Shown: one piece after another, positions 45,440-54,814 of the stretch | How positions within the stretch are numbered: position 1 is the stretch's first letter | How the letters are laid out: every line of letters starts with the position of its first letter | NCBI GenBank assembly: GCA_031292305.1 | Contig: JARLHJ010000045.1 | Span: forward strand, 6,791 to 70,790 | DNA: 64,000 bases | Source of the DNA: Candidatus Babeliales bacterium | Lineage (GTDB): Bacteria; Babelota; Babeliae; Babelales; JABDEC01 | Reading direction: 5' to 3' | Position numbers and translations under genes: made by a program | Notes under the pieces: generated by a model | Told to the model about the DNA's origin: nothing | Database searches by the model: none | What the model saw: only the letters and a program-made list of their open reading frames with translations

Positions 45440-47188
45440 CTATTTTATTGGATTTAATGTTAATACCTGAGTTTTTTTAACAGGTGTTGATACTATTGGC
45501 TTTTTTACAGGTACTAATGTTAAAACTTGTAGGTTAACGGCAGCCAATTTAGCTTTTGATGCAATAACGTTCGCCTTTATTTTACTTGTAGTATCATTTA
45601 TTTGTTTTATTGCCGCAGGTGTTTTTGCATTACTTAAAGTAATTTTTGCCTCTGCTAATTTAGGAGCAGCAGCTTTAATAACTTGTGCAGTAGTCGATAT
45701 TGCTTGTTTTAATGGAGCAGCCTGTTCTGTGGGTAAATTTGCCAAAGTTTTTGTAGCAGCTGCAATTACATTTTGAGTATTAGTGGTAACGGTTTTAGCG
45801 GCTTCAATATTTGATGCAACTACCGGTGGTGTTGGGGCTAGGCAATTACCCATAGAATCTAAAGTATCACCTGATGCACAACATTGATTAGCACCTTTAA
45901 GTGCAATTTGACCATTAGTACATTGCAGACAAGCATTATCATTTAAAATGAATCCTGTATTACATGCAGAACATGTAGTTCCGTTCTGTGAAGAACAATT
46001 TGCTATTGGCGTAGCATTACAAGCGTTGCCACTTAAAGTATATCCTGTATTACATGTAGAACATGTAGTTCCGTTCTGTGAAGAACAATTTGCTATTGGT
46101 GTAGCAGTACAAGCATTGCCATTTAGTGTATATGCTGTATTGCATGCAGAACATGTAGTTCCATTCTGTGAAGAACAATTTGCAAGTGGTGTAGCAGTAC
46201 AAACATTGCCATTTAAACTATAGCCTGTATTACATGCAGAACATGTAGTTCCATTCTGTGAAAAACAATTTGTTATTGGTTTTGCAGTACAAACATTGCC
46301 AACTAATTGCTGACCTGTTGGACATGTAATCGCCTCGCAATATAAACCATCGTTAGTTGTCTGACCCTTAGGACATGGCTGACATGCAGTCATAGATGTC
46401 GTTGTATCAAAAAATACCGTTTGACCAATAGCTAAACAACTTGTTGGTCTTGCTCGACAACCAAAACCGGCAATTAGCATTTGTCCCGGGGGGCATGTAC
46501 AAGACCCATCATTATTAGCTGGTAGTCCAGTATCTACACATTTACAAGTCATATCAAATGCGGCATCTCCAGTAGACGACTTACTTGCTGTAATTACAGT
46601 GGAACTAGGACATGGAGCTTCGTTACCACATCCGAACCATGGGCTTTGATTGATTTGCTGCCCGTTTATTATCCCTGGAACTGGAACCGATAACGTTAAA
46701 TCATAAGGAGTTCTTGGCACATTTGGAAATCCACCACAAGCACCAGATGAATATGCAGCCAATGATGCTGTTCCTATAAAGCTCCCGTTACTATCATAAA
46801 CTTGGTTTATAATTGGTGCTGGAGTTTGAGTGATTGTACATACATTATTATACGCCTCCAGTGAACAATTTGATATAGTAAAAGTCGTATCTATATTTGG
46901 TACGAGATATCTTTTAATCTTAGTCTCCGTGCCCATTTGCATTTCAATCTGTGTGCCATAATCCAATTGCATTACAGTTGACATATTAGCATTAAGATTT
47001 AGCTTAGTAGGAGGTCCTGTTTGGTTGTATTTAGATATAGTTATATATGGCCCATTAAAAATTGGTCCATTAACAACCTTTAAACTGCCATCTACAATGA
47101 ACGTAACATTAACACTAAAAATCTTGCTACTATTCGATACGAATAAACAAAGCAATAAAAAAACTATATTTCTATTTAAATTTTTCAT
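45440..47188 (-). CDS. Cys-rich repeat surface protein 1 (4 x 30-aa repeats, basic Ala/Lys C-terminal module)
   Basis: Start moved to MKNLNRN (RBS GAAGGA); signal peptide; repeats TPIANCSSQNGTTCSACNTGYTLNGNAC. Confidence 0.85.
   Translation of the reverse strand: MKNLNRNIVFLLLCLFVSNSSKIFSVNVTFIVDGSLKVVNGPIFNGPYITISKYNQTGPPTKLNLNANMSTVMQLDYGTQIEMQMGTETKIKRYLVPNIDTTFTISNCSLEAYNNVCTITQTPAPIINQVYDSNGSFIGTASLAAYSSGACGGFPNVPRTPYDLTLSVPVPGIINGQQINQSPWFGCGNEAPCPSSTVITASKSSTGDAAFDMTCKCVDTGLPANNDGSCTCPPGQMLIAGFGCRARPTSCLAIGQTVFFDTTTSMTACQPCPKGQTTNDGLYCEAITCPTGQQLVGNVCTAKPITNCFSQNGTTCSACNTGYSLNGNVCTATPLANCSSQNGTTCSACNTAYTLNGNACTATPIANCSSQNGTTCSTCNTGYTLSGNACNATPIANCSSQNGTTCSACNTGFILNDNACLQCTNGQIALKGANQCCASGDTLDSMGNCLAPTPPVVASNIEAAKTVTTNTQNVIAAATKTLANLPTEQAAPLKQAISTTAQVIKAAAPKLAEAKITLSNAKTPAAIKQINDTTSKIKANVIASKAKLAAVNLQVLTLVPVKKPIVSTPVKKTQVLTLNPIK
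45926..46285 (-). repeat. Intragenic 90-bp tandem repeat, 4 copies
   Basis: TGTATTACATGCAGAACATGTAGTTCC..GAAGAACAATTTG recurs at 90-bp period. Confidence 0.92.
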
Positions 47189-47263
47189 TAATAATCCTTC
47201 TAATAATTTTTTCATATTCACAAACATCTTTTATTTCGAACCTATCCAATAAATAAGATTAAA

Positions 47264-49018
47264 CTATTTCTTCGGTTTTATTGCTTTAGTTATGGCTACA
47301 GGTTTTAAAACCTTCATAACAGGCTTTACTATTGGCTTTTTTACAGGTATTAATGTTAAAACTTTTAAGTGAACAGCAGCCAATTTAGCTTTTGATGCAA
47401 TAACATTAGCCTTTATTTTACTAGCAGTGTTATTCACTTTCTTTACTGCTGCTGGTGTTTTGGCTTTACTTAAAGCAATTTTTGCCTCTGCTAATTTAGG
47501 TGCAGCAGCTTTAATAACTTGTGTAGTTGTTGATATTGCTTGTTTTAATGGTGCAGCCTGTTCTGCGGGTAAATTTGCTAAAGTTTTTGTAGCAGCTGTA
47601 ATTACTTTTTGAGTATTAGTGGTAACTGTTTTAGCGGATTCAATATTTGATGCAACTACAGGTGGTGTTGGGGCTACGCATTCACCCAGAGAATCTATAG
47701 TATCGCCTGCTGCACAACATTGATTAGCACCTTTAAGTGCAATTTGACCATTAGTACATTCCTCACAACTATTATCATTTAAAATGTATCCCGCGTCACA
47801 TGCTGAACATGTAGTCTTGTTTTGTGTAAAACAATTTAATATTGGTGTAGGGCTACAAACATTGCCACTTAAAGTATATCCTGTGTTACATTCAGAACAA
47901 GTAGTTTCATTCTGTGAAGAACAATTTGGTATTGGTGTAGCAGTACAAACATTTCCACTTAAACTATATCCTGTATTACATGCAGAACATGTAGCACCAA
48001 TCTGTGAAGAACAATTTGATATTGGTATAGCAGTACACGCATTCCCATTTAAACTATATCCTGAATTACATGCAGAACATGTCGTGCCATTCTGATTAGA
48101 ACAATTTGATATTGGTGTAGCAGTACAAACATTGCCACTTAAACTGTATCCTGTATTACATGCAGCACATGTAGTACCATTCTGATTAGAACAATTTAAT
48201 ATTGGTGTAGCAGTACAAACATTGCCACTTAAACTATATCCTGTATTACACGCAGAACATGTAGTACCATTCTGCGAAGAACAATTTTGTATTGGTGTTG
48301 CAGTACACGCATTACCATTTAAACTGTATCCTGTGTTACATGCAGCACACGTAGTACCATTCTGATTAGAACAATTTAATATTGGTGTAGCATTACACGC
48401 ATTGCCATTTAAAGTATATCCTGTATTACATGCAGAACACGTAGTTTCACTCTGTGAAGAACAGTTTGATATTGGTGTAGCAGTACACGCATTGCCACTT
48501 AAACTATATCCTGTGTTACATGCAGAACATGTAGCTCCATTCTGAGAAGAACAATTTGGTATTGGTGTTTGACATGTAGAGCCACTTAATATTTTACCTT
48601 GAGCTGCACAACTTGCGTCTGTTTCTTGGCATTTTAAACCGTCACTAGTTGCTTGCGCGCCTGGGCATGCCTGACACGTTGTACCAACTAATATTTTCCC
48701 ATCGGCTAAGCAACTTGAAGCTGTTGGCGGATAACAACTAATCTTAAGTTGGTTACTATTCCAAACTGGGTATGAAATTTGAATAGCAGTTGGACAAGTT
48801 GCTGATGTTGGCGAACATGGGCCACCGTTATTACTTCCGTTAAAAAACCCATTGGTAGTCTGAATGCTATAAGATTTTCCAGAAGGACAAAATTGAGTAC
48901 TCCCAACTGTTGCTGTTCCGATATTATTTCCATTGATATCATAAACAGGAATTGCGTTTATGTTCGTTAAAACAAAAAAAATACTAAATATTAAAATTAT
49001 TCGATTTTTTATTTTCAC
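47264..49018 (-). CDS. Cys-rich repeat surface protein 2 (9 x 30-aa repeats, same C-terminal module)
   Basis: GTG start with AAGGAG RBS; signal peptide (INA/IP); C-terminus nearly identical to protein 1. Confidence 0.88.
   Translation of the reverse strand: MKIKNRIILIFSIFFVLTNINAIPVYDINGNNIGTATVGSTQFCPSGKSYSIQTTNGFFNGSNNGGPCSPTSATCPTAIQISYPVWNSNQLKISCYPPTASSCLADGKILVGTTCQACPGAQATSDGLKCQETDASCAAQGKILSGSTCQTPIPNCSSQNGATCSACNTGYSLSGNACTATPISNCSSQSETTCSACNTGYTLNGNACNATPILNCSNQNGTTCAACNTGYSLNGNACTATPIQNCSSQNGTTCSACNTGYSLSGNVCTATPILNCSNQNGTTCAACNTGYSLSGNVCTATPISNCSNQNGTTCSACNSGYSLNGNACTAIPISNCSSQIGATCSACNTGYSLSGNVCTATPIPNCSSQNETTCSECNTGYTLSGNVCSPTPILNCFTQNKTTCSACDAGYILNDNSCEECTNGQIALKGANQCCAAGDTIDSLGECVAPTPPVVASNIESAKTVTTNTQKVITAATKTLANLPAEQAAPLKQAISTTTQVIKAAAPKLAEAKIALSKAKTPAAVKKVNNTASKIKANVIASKAKLAAVHLKVLTLIPVKKPIVKPVMKVLKPVAITKAIKPKK
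47762..48571 (-). repeat. Intragenic 90-bp tandem repeat, 9 copies
   Basis: Same unit as 45926-46285 (ATTGGTGTAGCAGTAC..TATCCTGTATTACATGCAG..). Confidence 0.92.
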
Positions 49019-49338
49019 TTTTTCTCCTTAAAATCATAAATATTACATATAAGCATAAAAACCCATTAAGTTAATTTTATTAATATTGACCCTTTTTGGG
49101 ATATATTATTTCTAATTGTAATATATGACATTGTTAAATTGCTAGAATTTAGTGATTTTTCTAATTTTTATTCTGTAAAGTCAGCAATGTAACCTAGCAA
49201 TAATTGGGAAAAATTTTGAAAATATGGATAAAATTGCCCATTTTTAAGCATATAAATCTAATTATAGTTTTTAAAGAGTTGAATTTGTTACAATAATTAA
49301 AATAGATAGTTGTTCAATTTTTCATAAAAGAGGTTCTA

Positions 49339-49647
49339 ATGCAGTTTTCTAAATATATATTATTAATATTACTGCAGATATCATATATAGGTTTTGAATT
49401 AGCAGATGATGCTCCTAAAAAGGGTGGCACACTAGGCCTTAGTATTAAAGGTGGCGTAATAACAATTGCGGGCAGTAGTTCGCCTGTATCGCCAACTGAC
49501 AATGTACAAGCATTAGCTACCATACCTGAACCACCGTCAACAGCACCGGCAGCAGACCAATCAGCTGCACCTGCAGCAGATCAACCTGCGACTGAATCTT
49601 CACCTGATCAAAGTTTATCCACAGATCAACCCGTACCTGCTGAATAA
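49339..49647 (+). CDS. Small secreted Pro/Ala/Ser-rich protein
   Basis: Hydrophobic N-terminus; APAADQ repeated; RBS GAGG. Confidence 0.65.
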   Translation: MQFSKYILLILLQISYIGFELADDAPKKGGTLGLSIKGGVITIAGSSSPVSPTDNVQALATIPEPPSTAPAADQSAAPAADQPATESSPDQSLSTDQPVPAE

Positions 49648-49649
49648 TT

Positions 49650-50921
49650 ATGAATAAAAAAAATATAAAAGTCGCAATAATAGGTGGAGGAGCTTCTGGG
49701 CTCAGCACTGCGTGGTTATTAGAAAAAGATTATGACGTTACACTATTTGAAGAACGTGATGTTCTAGGCGGTCATGCAAGAACTCAGCAAATACAAATCG
49801 GGGATAAATTAATACCCATAGATACAGGGTTTGAATTTTTCTCACCGAGAATGTTTGTACATTTTGATGCATTATTAAAATATTTAAAAGTGCCACTGGC
49901 TGAGCATCCACTTACTTATACATTTCACCGCTTAGATAAAGAAGATGTTTTAAGCTTACCGCCATTTCATAATGGTATGGTATATTGGAAATCTCTAACA
50001 CCCAAAAATATTAGCAGGATGTTACAGTTTTTATATTTCATAAATAGAGGCAAACAAGTTATAGAAAGTGAAAACTTAGATATTACCCTAGAGCAATTTG
50101 CAGATAGCTTATATTTAACAAAAAGCTTTAAAAACGAATTTTTATACCCACTTTTAGTAGCAGGCTGGGGACAGAATATTAATGATTTTAAAAAATCTTC
50201 AGCTTATGATATTTTGTATTGGTCTGTTAAAAATAATTTTAGCGCGTTTAAATCTTTGCAATGGACAGAGGTTGTGGGTGGTGTAAAAGTTTATATTGAT
50301 GCACTCGCTGCACAACTGACAGAGACTAAAATTAATTTATCTAGCAAAGTAATTAGCTTAAAGCCCATAGAAAACCAATACGAGTTAATATTGCAAAATG
50401 GTGAAAAACAAATATTTGATTATATTATATTTTCTACATCAGCAGGCATAACAGCAGATATTTTGCAAGATGTTGCAAGCTCGCAATATATCAGATCAAA
50501 GTTAAGTGAAATAGAATATTTTAAAACCACAATTGCAGTGCATTCTGATACTTCTTTAATGCCTAAAGATAAAGCTTACTGGTCTATGGCAAATGTAAGA
50601 TATGATGGCGTACATAGTCAACTTACAATTTACAAAGAGTGGAAAAGCCCAGAAGTGCCAATATTTAGAAGTTGGGTTACTTATGACAAAAATTTACCTA
50701 AGAATTTGTATGCAATTGAAGAATATTTGCATGGCAAAATAAGCCCAAAAACTTTTACATTAAAAGCAGATATAGAAAAAGTCCAAGGCAATAATAATAT
50801 TTGGTATGCTGGCGTTCACACTTGCGGTGTTGATTCGCATGACACTGCAATACTTTCTGCTATTAAAATTGCCCAAAAATTAGCACCAGATTCTGAAAGA
50901 CTTAAAGTTTTTAATCTTTAA
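49650..50921 (+). CDS. FAD-dependent oxidoreductase (amine-oxidase-like, predicted NAD/FAD-binding family)
   Basis: VAIIGGGASGL, LGGHART, IDTGF, QG.NNIWYAG..H. Confidence 0.88.
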   Translation: MNKKNIKVAIIGGGASGLSTAWLLEKDYDVTLFEERDVLGGHARTQQIQIGDKLIPIDTGFEFFSPRMFVHFDALLKYLKVPLAEHPLTYTFHRLDKEDVLSLPPFHNGMVYWKSLTPKNISRMLQFLYFINRGKQVIESENLDITLEQFADSLYLTKSFKNEFLYPLLVAGWGQNINDFKKSSAYDILYWSVKNNFSAFKSLQWTEVVGGVKVYIDALAAQLTETKINLSSKVISLKPIENQYELILQNGEKQIFDYIIFSTSAGITADILQDVASSQYIRSKLSEIEYFKTTIAVHSDTSLMPKDKAYWSMANVRYDGVHSQLTIYKEWKSPEVPIFRSWVTYDKNLPKNLYAIEEYLHGKISPKTFTLKADIEKVQGNNNIWYAGVHTCGVDSHDTAILSAIKIAQKLAPDSERLKVFNL

Positions 50922-51717
50922 TTTCTTTTTTTTCTACTTTTCTAGCAGGAACAGGAGCTTTTTTAGATTCTTTTTTAAACATTTTTAGTTCTTCAACTTC
51001 AGCGTCAGTTAAATGTCTCCAAGATCCAGTTTCTAATTTCTTTTTGGTAATGCCAGCAAATTCAATTCTATCTAAAGCAACAACTTTATAACCTAAATGC
51101 TTAAACATACGTTTAATGATTCTGTTCTTGCCACCATGGATATCTACAATAACCATTTTTCCGGCTTTATCACCAGTTAATGTGACTTTATCAAACCAAG
51201 ATTTTCCATCTTCTAAATAAACACCTTTTTTTAATTTATTAGTGTCATCAATATGTAAAGGCTTATCAAGGACCACATAATATTTTTTGGTAATATTATT
51301 TTTAGGATGAGCTAATCTTTGTGATAGGTAGCCATCATTTGTAATTAATAATACGCCTGTAGTATCTCTGTCTAATCTGCCGACGGGGTATAAGCGTTCT
51401 TTTCCAAGGCCTTTACCTTTAATTAAATCTAAAACTGTTTTGCGTTCCATTTCATCAGCTGTAGTGGTAACATAACCTTTAGGTTTATTTAGTAAAAGAT
51501 AAACATGCTTTTCAGGTCTATATATTTTATCTTGGTATTTAACCTTGTCATGTTGTTGAACCCTATAACCAGGTTCTGTGACTATTTCACCATTCACATA
51601 AATTTTGCCGTTTTTGATTAGTTCAACAGCTGCTCTACGTGAGCAAAGTCCGGCACGTGCCAGAAAGGCATTTAATGGCGTGCCAGGTTCATCGTGATAT
51701 ATTTGTTCTTTTTCCAT
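50911..51717 (-). CDS. rRNA pseudouridine synthase (RluB/RsuA family)
   Basis: S4 domain LA.AG.CSRR, LNKPKG, PVGRLDRDTTG, HP. Confidence 0.93.
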   Translation of the reverse strand: MEKEQIYHDEPGTPLNAFLARAGLCSRRAAVELIKNGKIYVNGEIVTEPGYRVQQHDKVKYQDKIYRPEKHVYLLLNKPKGYVTTTADEMERKTVLDLIKGKGLGKERLYPVGRLDRDTTGVLLITNDGYLSQRLAHPKNNITKKYYVVLDKPLHIDDTNKLKKGVYLEDGKSWFDKVTLTGDKAGKMVIVDIHGGKNRIIKRMFKHLGYKVVALDRIEFAGITKKKLETGSWRHLTDAEVEELKMFKKESKKAPVPARKVEKKEIKD

Positions 51718-51802
51718 TTTATTGCCCCTATGAATTTTTCAAAATATTTCTAAAATTAGTATACCCCATTCTTTAATTTTAACTTATTTATAGGGAATTA
51801 AA

Positions 51803-52327
51803 ATGATTATTTCAGGAAAAGAGATAAAAAGGAACTTAGGAAGCAATTTAATAATTGAGCCATTTAACGAAAAGCAGCTAGGGCCCAACAGTTACAACCT
51901 CCGATTGCATAATGAACTTTTAATTTATGATAACTATACTTTGGACATGAAACACCCAAATACTGCCCATAAAGTCATAATTCCGCAAGAAGGGCTACTT
52001 TTAAGGCCAAATACTCTTTATTTGGGAAGAACGGTAGAATATACTGAAACTGACTCTTATGTACCTATGCTAGAAGGTAGATCTTCAATTGGCAGACTAG
52101 GGCTTTTTGTACATATCACAGCTGGCTTTGGTGATGTTGGCTTTAAAGGATTTTGGACTTTAGAGATATTTTGTGTGCAGCCTGTTAAAATTTATCCTGG
52201 AATAGAAATATGCCAGATATTTTATCACACAATAGAAGGTGAATATACTAGATATACAAGTAATAAATACCAAAATAATATAGGGATTCAGCCTAGTTTG
52301 CTTTATAAAGATTTTGAAACTTTATAG
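51803..52327 (+). CDS. dcd: dCTP deaminase
   Basis: PNSYNLRL, GRSSIGRLG, TAGFGDVGF.G.WTLE, ICQI. Confidence 0.93.
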   Translation: MIISGKEIKRNLGSNLIIEPFNEKQLGPNSYNLRLHNELLIYDNYTLDMKHPNTAHKVIIPQEGLLLRPNTLYLGRTVEYTETDSYVPMLEGRSSIGRLGLFVHITAGFGDVGFKGFWTLEIFCVQPVKIYPGIEICQIFYHTIEGEYTRYTSNKYQNNIGIQPSLLYKDFETL

Positions 52328-52355
52328 AAATACATTAATACATAAAGGTAATACA

Positions 52356-53273
52356 ATGAATAAAAGAACAATGTTAAAGTTTCTATTTGTTTTTGTAATT
52401 TTAAATAATTATCAAATTAGTTATTCCAGTGAATGTCCAAATGTAATAGCTGTTAAGAAAAATAAATATTTATATGATTTTATCTTAAATCAAGATGGGA
52501 CTCCGACACAAGCTTTATTAGATATTCTAGAAGCTACTAAAGTAGAGCACAATGGAACACTTTCAAATATTGTGAAATTAACACAAGAAAAATGGATCCG
52601 TAAACCGTCTACAGAAAGATGGCAAATGGAAGAAATTGATGGCTTAGATAAAAATGCAATGTTAGAGAAATTGAACAAAATAAATTCGGTCAAAGAAGTG
52701 GCTCCTCAAGAAGAGCACTATGACTACGTATTACTCCTTGGCGCAGCTGCACCAAGAGTAAAATCTAGATTAGACTATCTGTTAGAATTATGGAACGAAG
52801 GCATAAGTTTTGATAAAGTTGTGCTTTTGGGTAGTGATCGAGTATTAGATTCCAAAATAGAAAGCGAAGAAATTATTTTAGAATTATGCCCAAATACTAA
52901 TAATAGAAAGTTGCCTAAAAATGAAATTGAATTATTAAACTACATGTATAGTAACTTACCTGAAGATTTTAAGAAATCTGTTCAGTTAGAGCTAGTAGAG
53001 TCTAAAGGAACAAAAAATGCTGATGGAACAGTTAAACGAGCAACTACAGGGGATACGATTATTGATTGGTTAAAAAATTCCCCAGTAGAAGGTTCTTGTT
53101 TAGCTATTTCCAACGCACCATTTACTGGTTATCAAGATTCAGTTTTAAGAACATTCTTACCAAAAGAATTTTCTTTAGAAACAGCTGGGCATAAAGCTGG
53201 AGAAATTACAGTTGCAGTCTATTTAGATAATCTGGCAAGATGGTTATACCAAGAACAGATCAGAAGAAAATAA
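52356..53273 (+). CDS. Secreted conserved hypothetical protein (possibly YdcF/DUF218-like)
   Basis: Start moved to MNKRT (RBS AAAGG); signal peptide; YDYVLLLGA, RATT.DT, ISN.PF..YQ, LDNLAR.LY. Confidence 0.6.
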   Translation: MNKRTMLKFLFVFVILNNYQISYSSECPNVIAVKKNKYLYDFILNQDGTPTQALLDILEATKVEHNGTLSNIVKLTQEKWIRKPSTERWQMEEIDGLDKNAMLEKLNKINSVKEVAPQEEHYDYVLLLGAAAPRVKSRLDYLLELWNEGISFDKVVLLGSDRVLDSKIESEEIILELCPNTNNRKLPKNEIELLNYMYSNLPEDFKKSVQLELVESKGTKNADGTVKRATTGDTIIDWLKNSPVEGSCLAISNAPFTGYQDSVLRTFLPKEFSLETAGHKAGEITVAVYLDNLARWLYQEQIRRK

Positions 53274-53288
53274 AACTAAAATAAAAGT

Positions 53289-53320
53289 AAAAAACCTCAT
53301 AGTAAAATATGGGGTTTTTT
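53289..53320 (+). terminator. Intrinsic terminator
   Basis: AAAAAACCTCATA-GTAAAA-TATGGGGTTTTTT hairpin with T tract. Confidence 0.75.
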
Positions 53321-53390
53321 TATTTATTAAAAGACTAAATTTATTATGCTATACTATAAACAATAACATATAAAATTACTTAGGAACAAC

Positions 53391-54119
53391 ATGGAAAAAC
53401 AACAAGGCATGGAATTAGTATTTGGAATTCATCCAATTATTGAATTGCTAAATGCAAAACGCAGAAAAATTTATACAATCTACACAACTAAACCTGAGCC
53501 AAAAGCTTGGCCTAAGATTCTAAAGCTTTTGCCAAAGTACACAAAAATTGAATTTATATCAAAAGAAAAGCTTAGTAAATTAGCAGATTCTACAGACCAC
53601 CAAGGTGTTGTCGCATTAGCGAGCCCATTTATAATAAGAAAAAAATTCTTTAATCCAGAAAAAGAAAAATTTTTATTAATGTTAGATAGTATACAAGACC
53701 CTCGTAATTTAGGTGCAATTTTACGTTCAGCGCACTGCACTGGCGTAAATGGTGTTATTGTGACAGAACGTAATTCTACATTTTTAACACCTACAGCAAT
53801 AAAATCTTCTGCTGGTTTAGTTGAGCATTTAGAAATTTATTTTGCGCCAAATGCCAAGTCAGCTGTAGATGAACTTAAAAAAGCTGGATATACAATTTAT
53901 GTTTCTAATTTAGAAAATAGCAAGAGTGCATTAGATGTAGATTTTACTTTGCCTTGTTGTGTTATTATAGGCAATGAAGGTGAAGGCGTATCACCTAGTA
54001 TCTTAAAATCTGGCCAAAGTATTAAACTACCACAAGTAACAGCTGACATTTCTTATAATGCTTCAGTTGCTGCTGGAATTTTATTATTCTTGATTTCGAC
54101 AAAAAACAAAATTATTTAG
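53391..54119 (+). CDS. rlmB: TrmH/SpoU-family RNA methyltransferase (RlmB-like)
   Basis: FGIHP, HQGV, DPRNLGAILRSA, IGNEGEG, SYNASVA. Confidence 0.85.
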   Translation: MEKQQGMELVFGIHPIIELLNAKRRKIYTIYTTKPEPKAWPKILKLLPKYTKIEFISKEKLSKLADSTDHQGVVALASPFIIRKKFFNPEKEKFLLMLDSIQDPRNLGAILRSAHCTGVNGVIVTERNSTFLTPTAIKSSAGLVEHLEIYFAPNAKSAVDELKKAGYTIYVSNLENSKSALDVDFTLPCCVIIGNEGEGVSPSILKSGQSIKLPQVTADISYNASVAAGILLFLISTKNKII

Positions 54120-54127
54120 GTAAATTT

Positions 54128-54673
54128 ATGAATATTTATAAATTGATATTTTGTACAATTATATTTTTTGGTCAAATATCTGCAATGGAAAAGTTTGAAT
54201 TAGACATTCAATATAGTTCTATGATTGAAGTGGAAAAATTAGAAATTCAATATCGTACTATGAATGATTTTCTTGAAACATATTATGATCATGGTAGATC
54301 CAGAGATGAAATAAATTATGGTTGTAAGTATTCTAAGGATGGTAAATTAGCAATAAGCTCATTAAATGAATTATCTCAGCTAAAAGAAGAAGTGCGTACT
54401 GATCTTCAAAAAATCAAAGATAAATGGTCTCGAGCAAGACCACGTAATCATGCTGATTCAGTTTATGGAACTATGGCCACCTGGGTTTGCCAACGACCTT
54501 TAGAATTATACCTTCTTTATCTTGACAAGAAAATTGAAGTAACTCAACTTCAATATGTACTACACAAAACTAGACAAGAATTAAAGAAGGCTAAAGAAAG
54601 AATTTCTGAATTAGAACAAAATAACCAAGATGAAAGCAGGGTAAATTGTAATTTTCATGATGAACATGAATAA
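54128..54673 (+). CDS. Secreted hypothetical protein, paralog of 56492 gene
   Basis: MNIYKLIFC signal peptide; shared blocks I.Y.T...FL, GK...S..EL..L, LE.Y..YL. Confidence 0.7.
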   Translation: MNIYKLIFCTIIFFGQISAMEKFELDIQYSSMIEVEKLEIQYRTMNDFLETYYDHGRSRDEINYGCKYSKDGKLAISSLNELSQLKEEVRTDLQKIKDKWSRARPRNHADSVYGTMATWVCQRPLELYLLYLDKKIEVTQLQYVLHKTRQELKKAKERISELEQNNQDESRVNCNFHDEHE

Positions 54674-54814
54674 TATAAATTAAAAACTTAATTTATATTT
54701 CAGCAATTCTAAATTAACAAAGTTGCTTCTATTATAATTAATTGACGATTTTATTTCTGAATGTAATAATATATATAATAATTAGAATTATATACTTTCG
54801 GGGTTAAAATTGTT

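Noticed and set aside
45926-48571. 90-bp periodic repeats as a possible CRISPR array
   Set aside because: No unique spacers; the repeats are in frame and encode a 30-aa Cys repeat; no cas genes.
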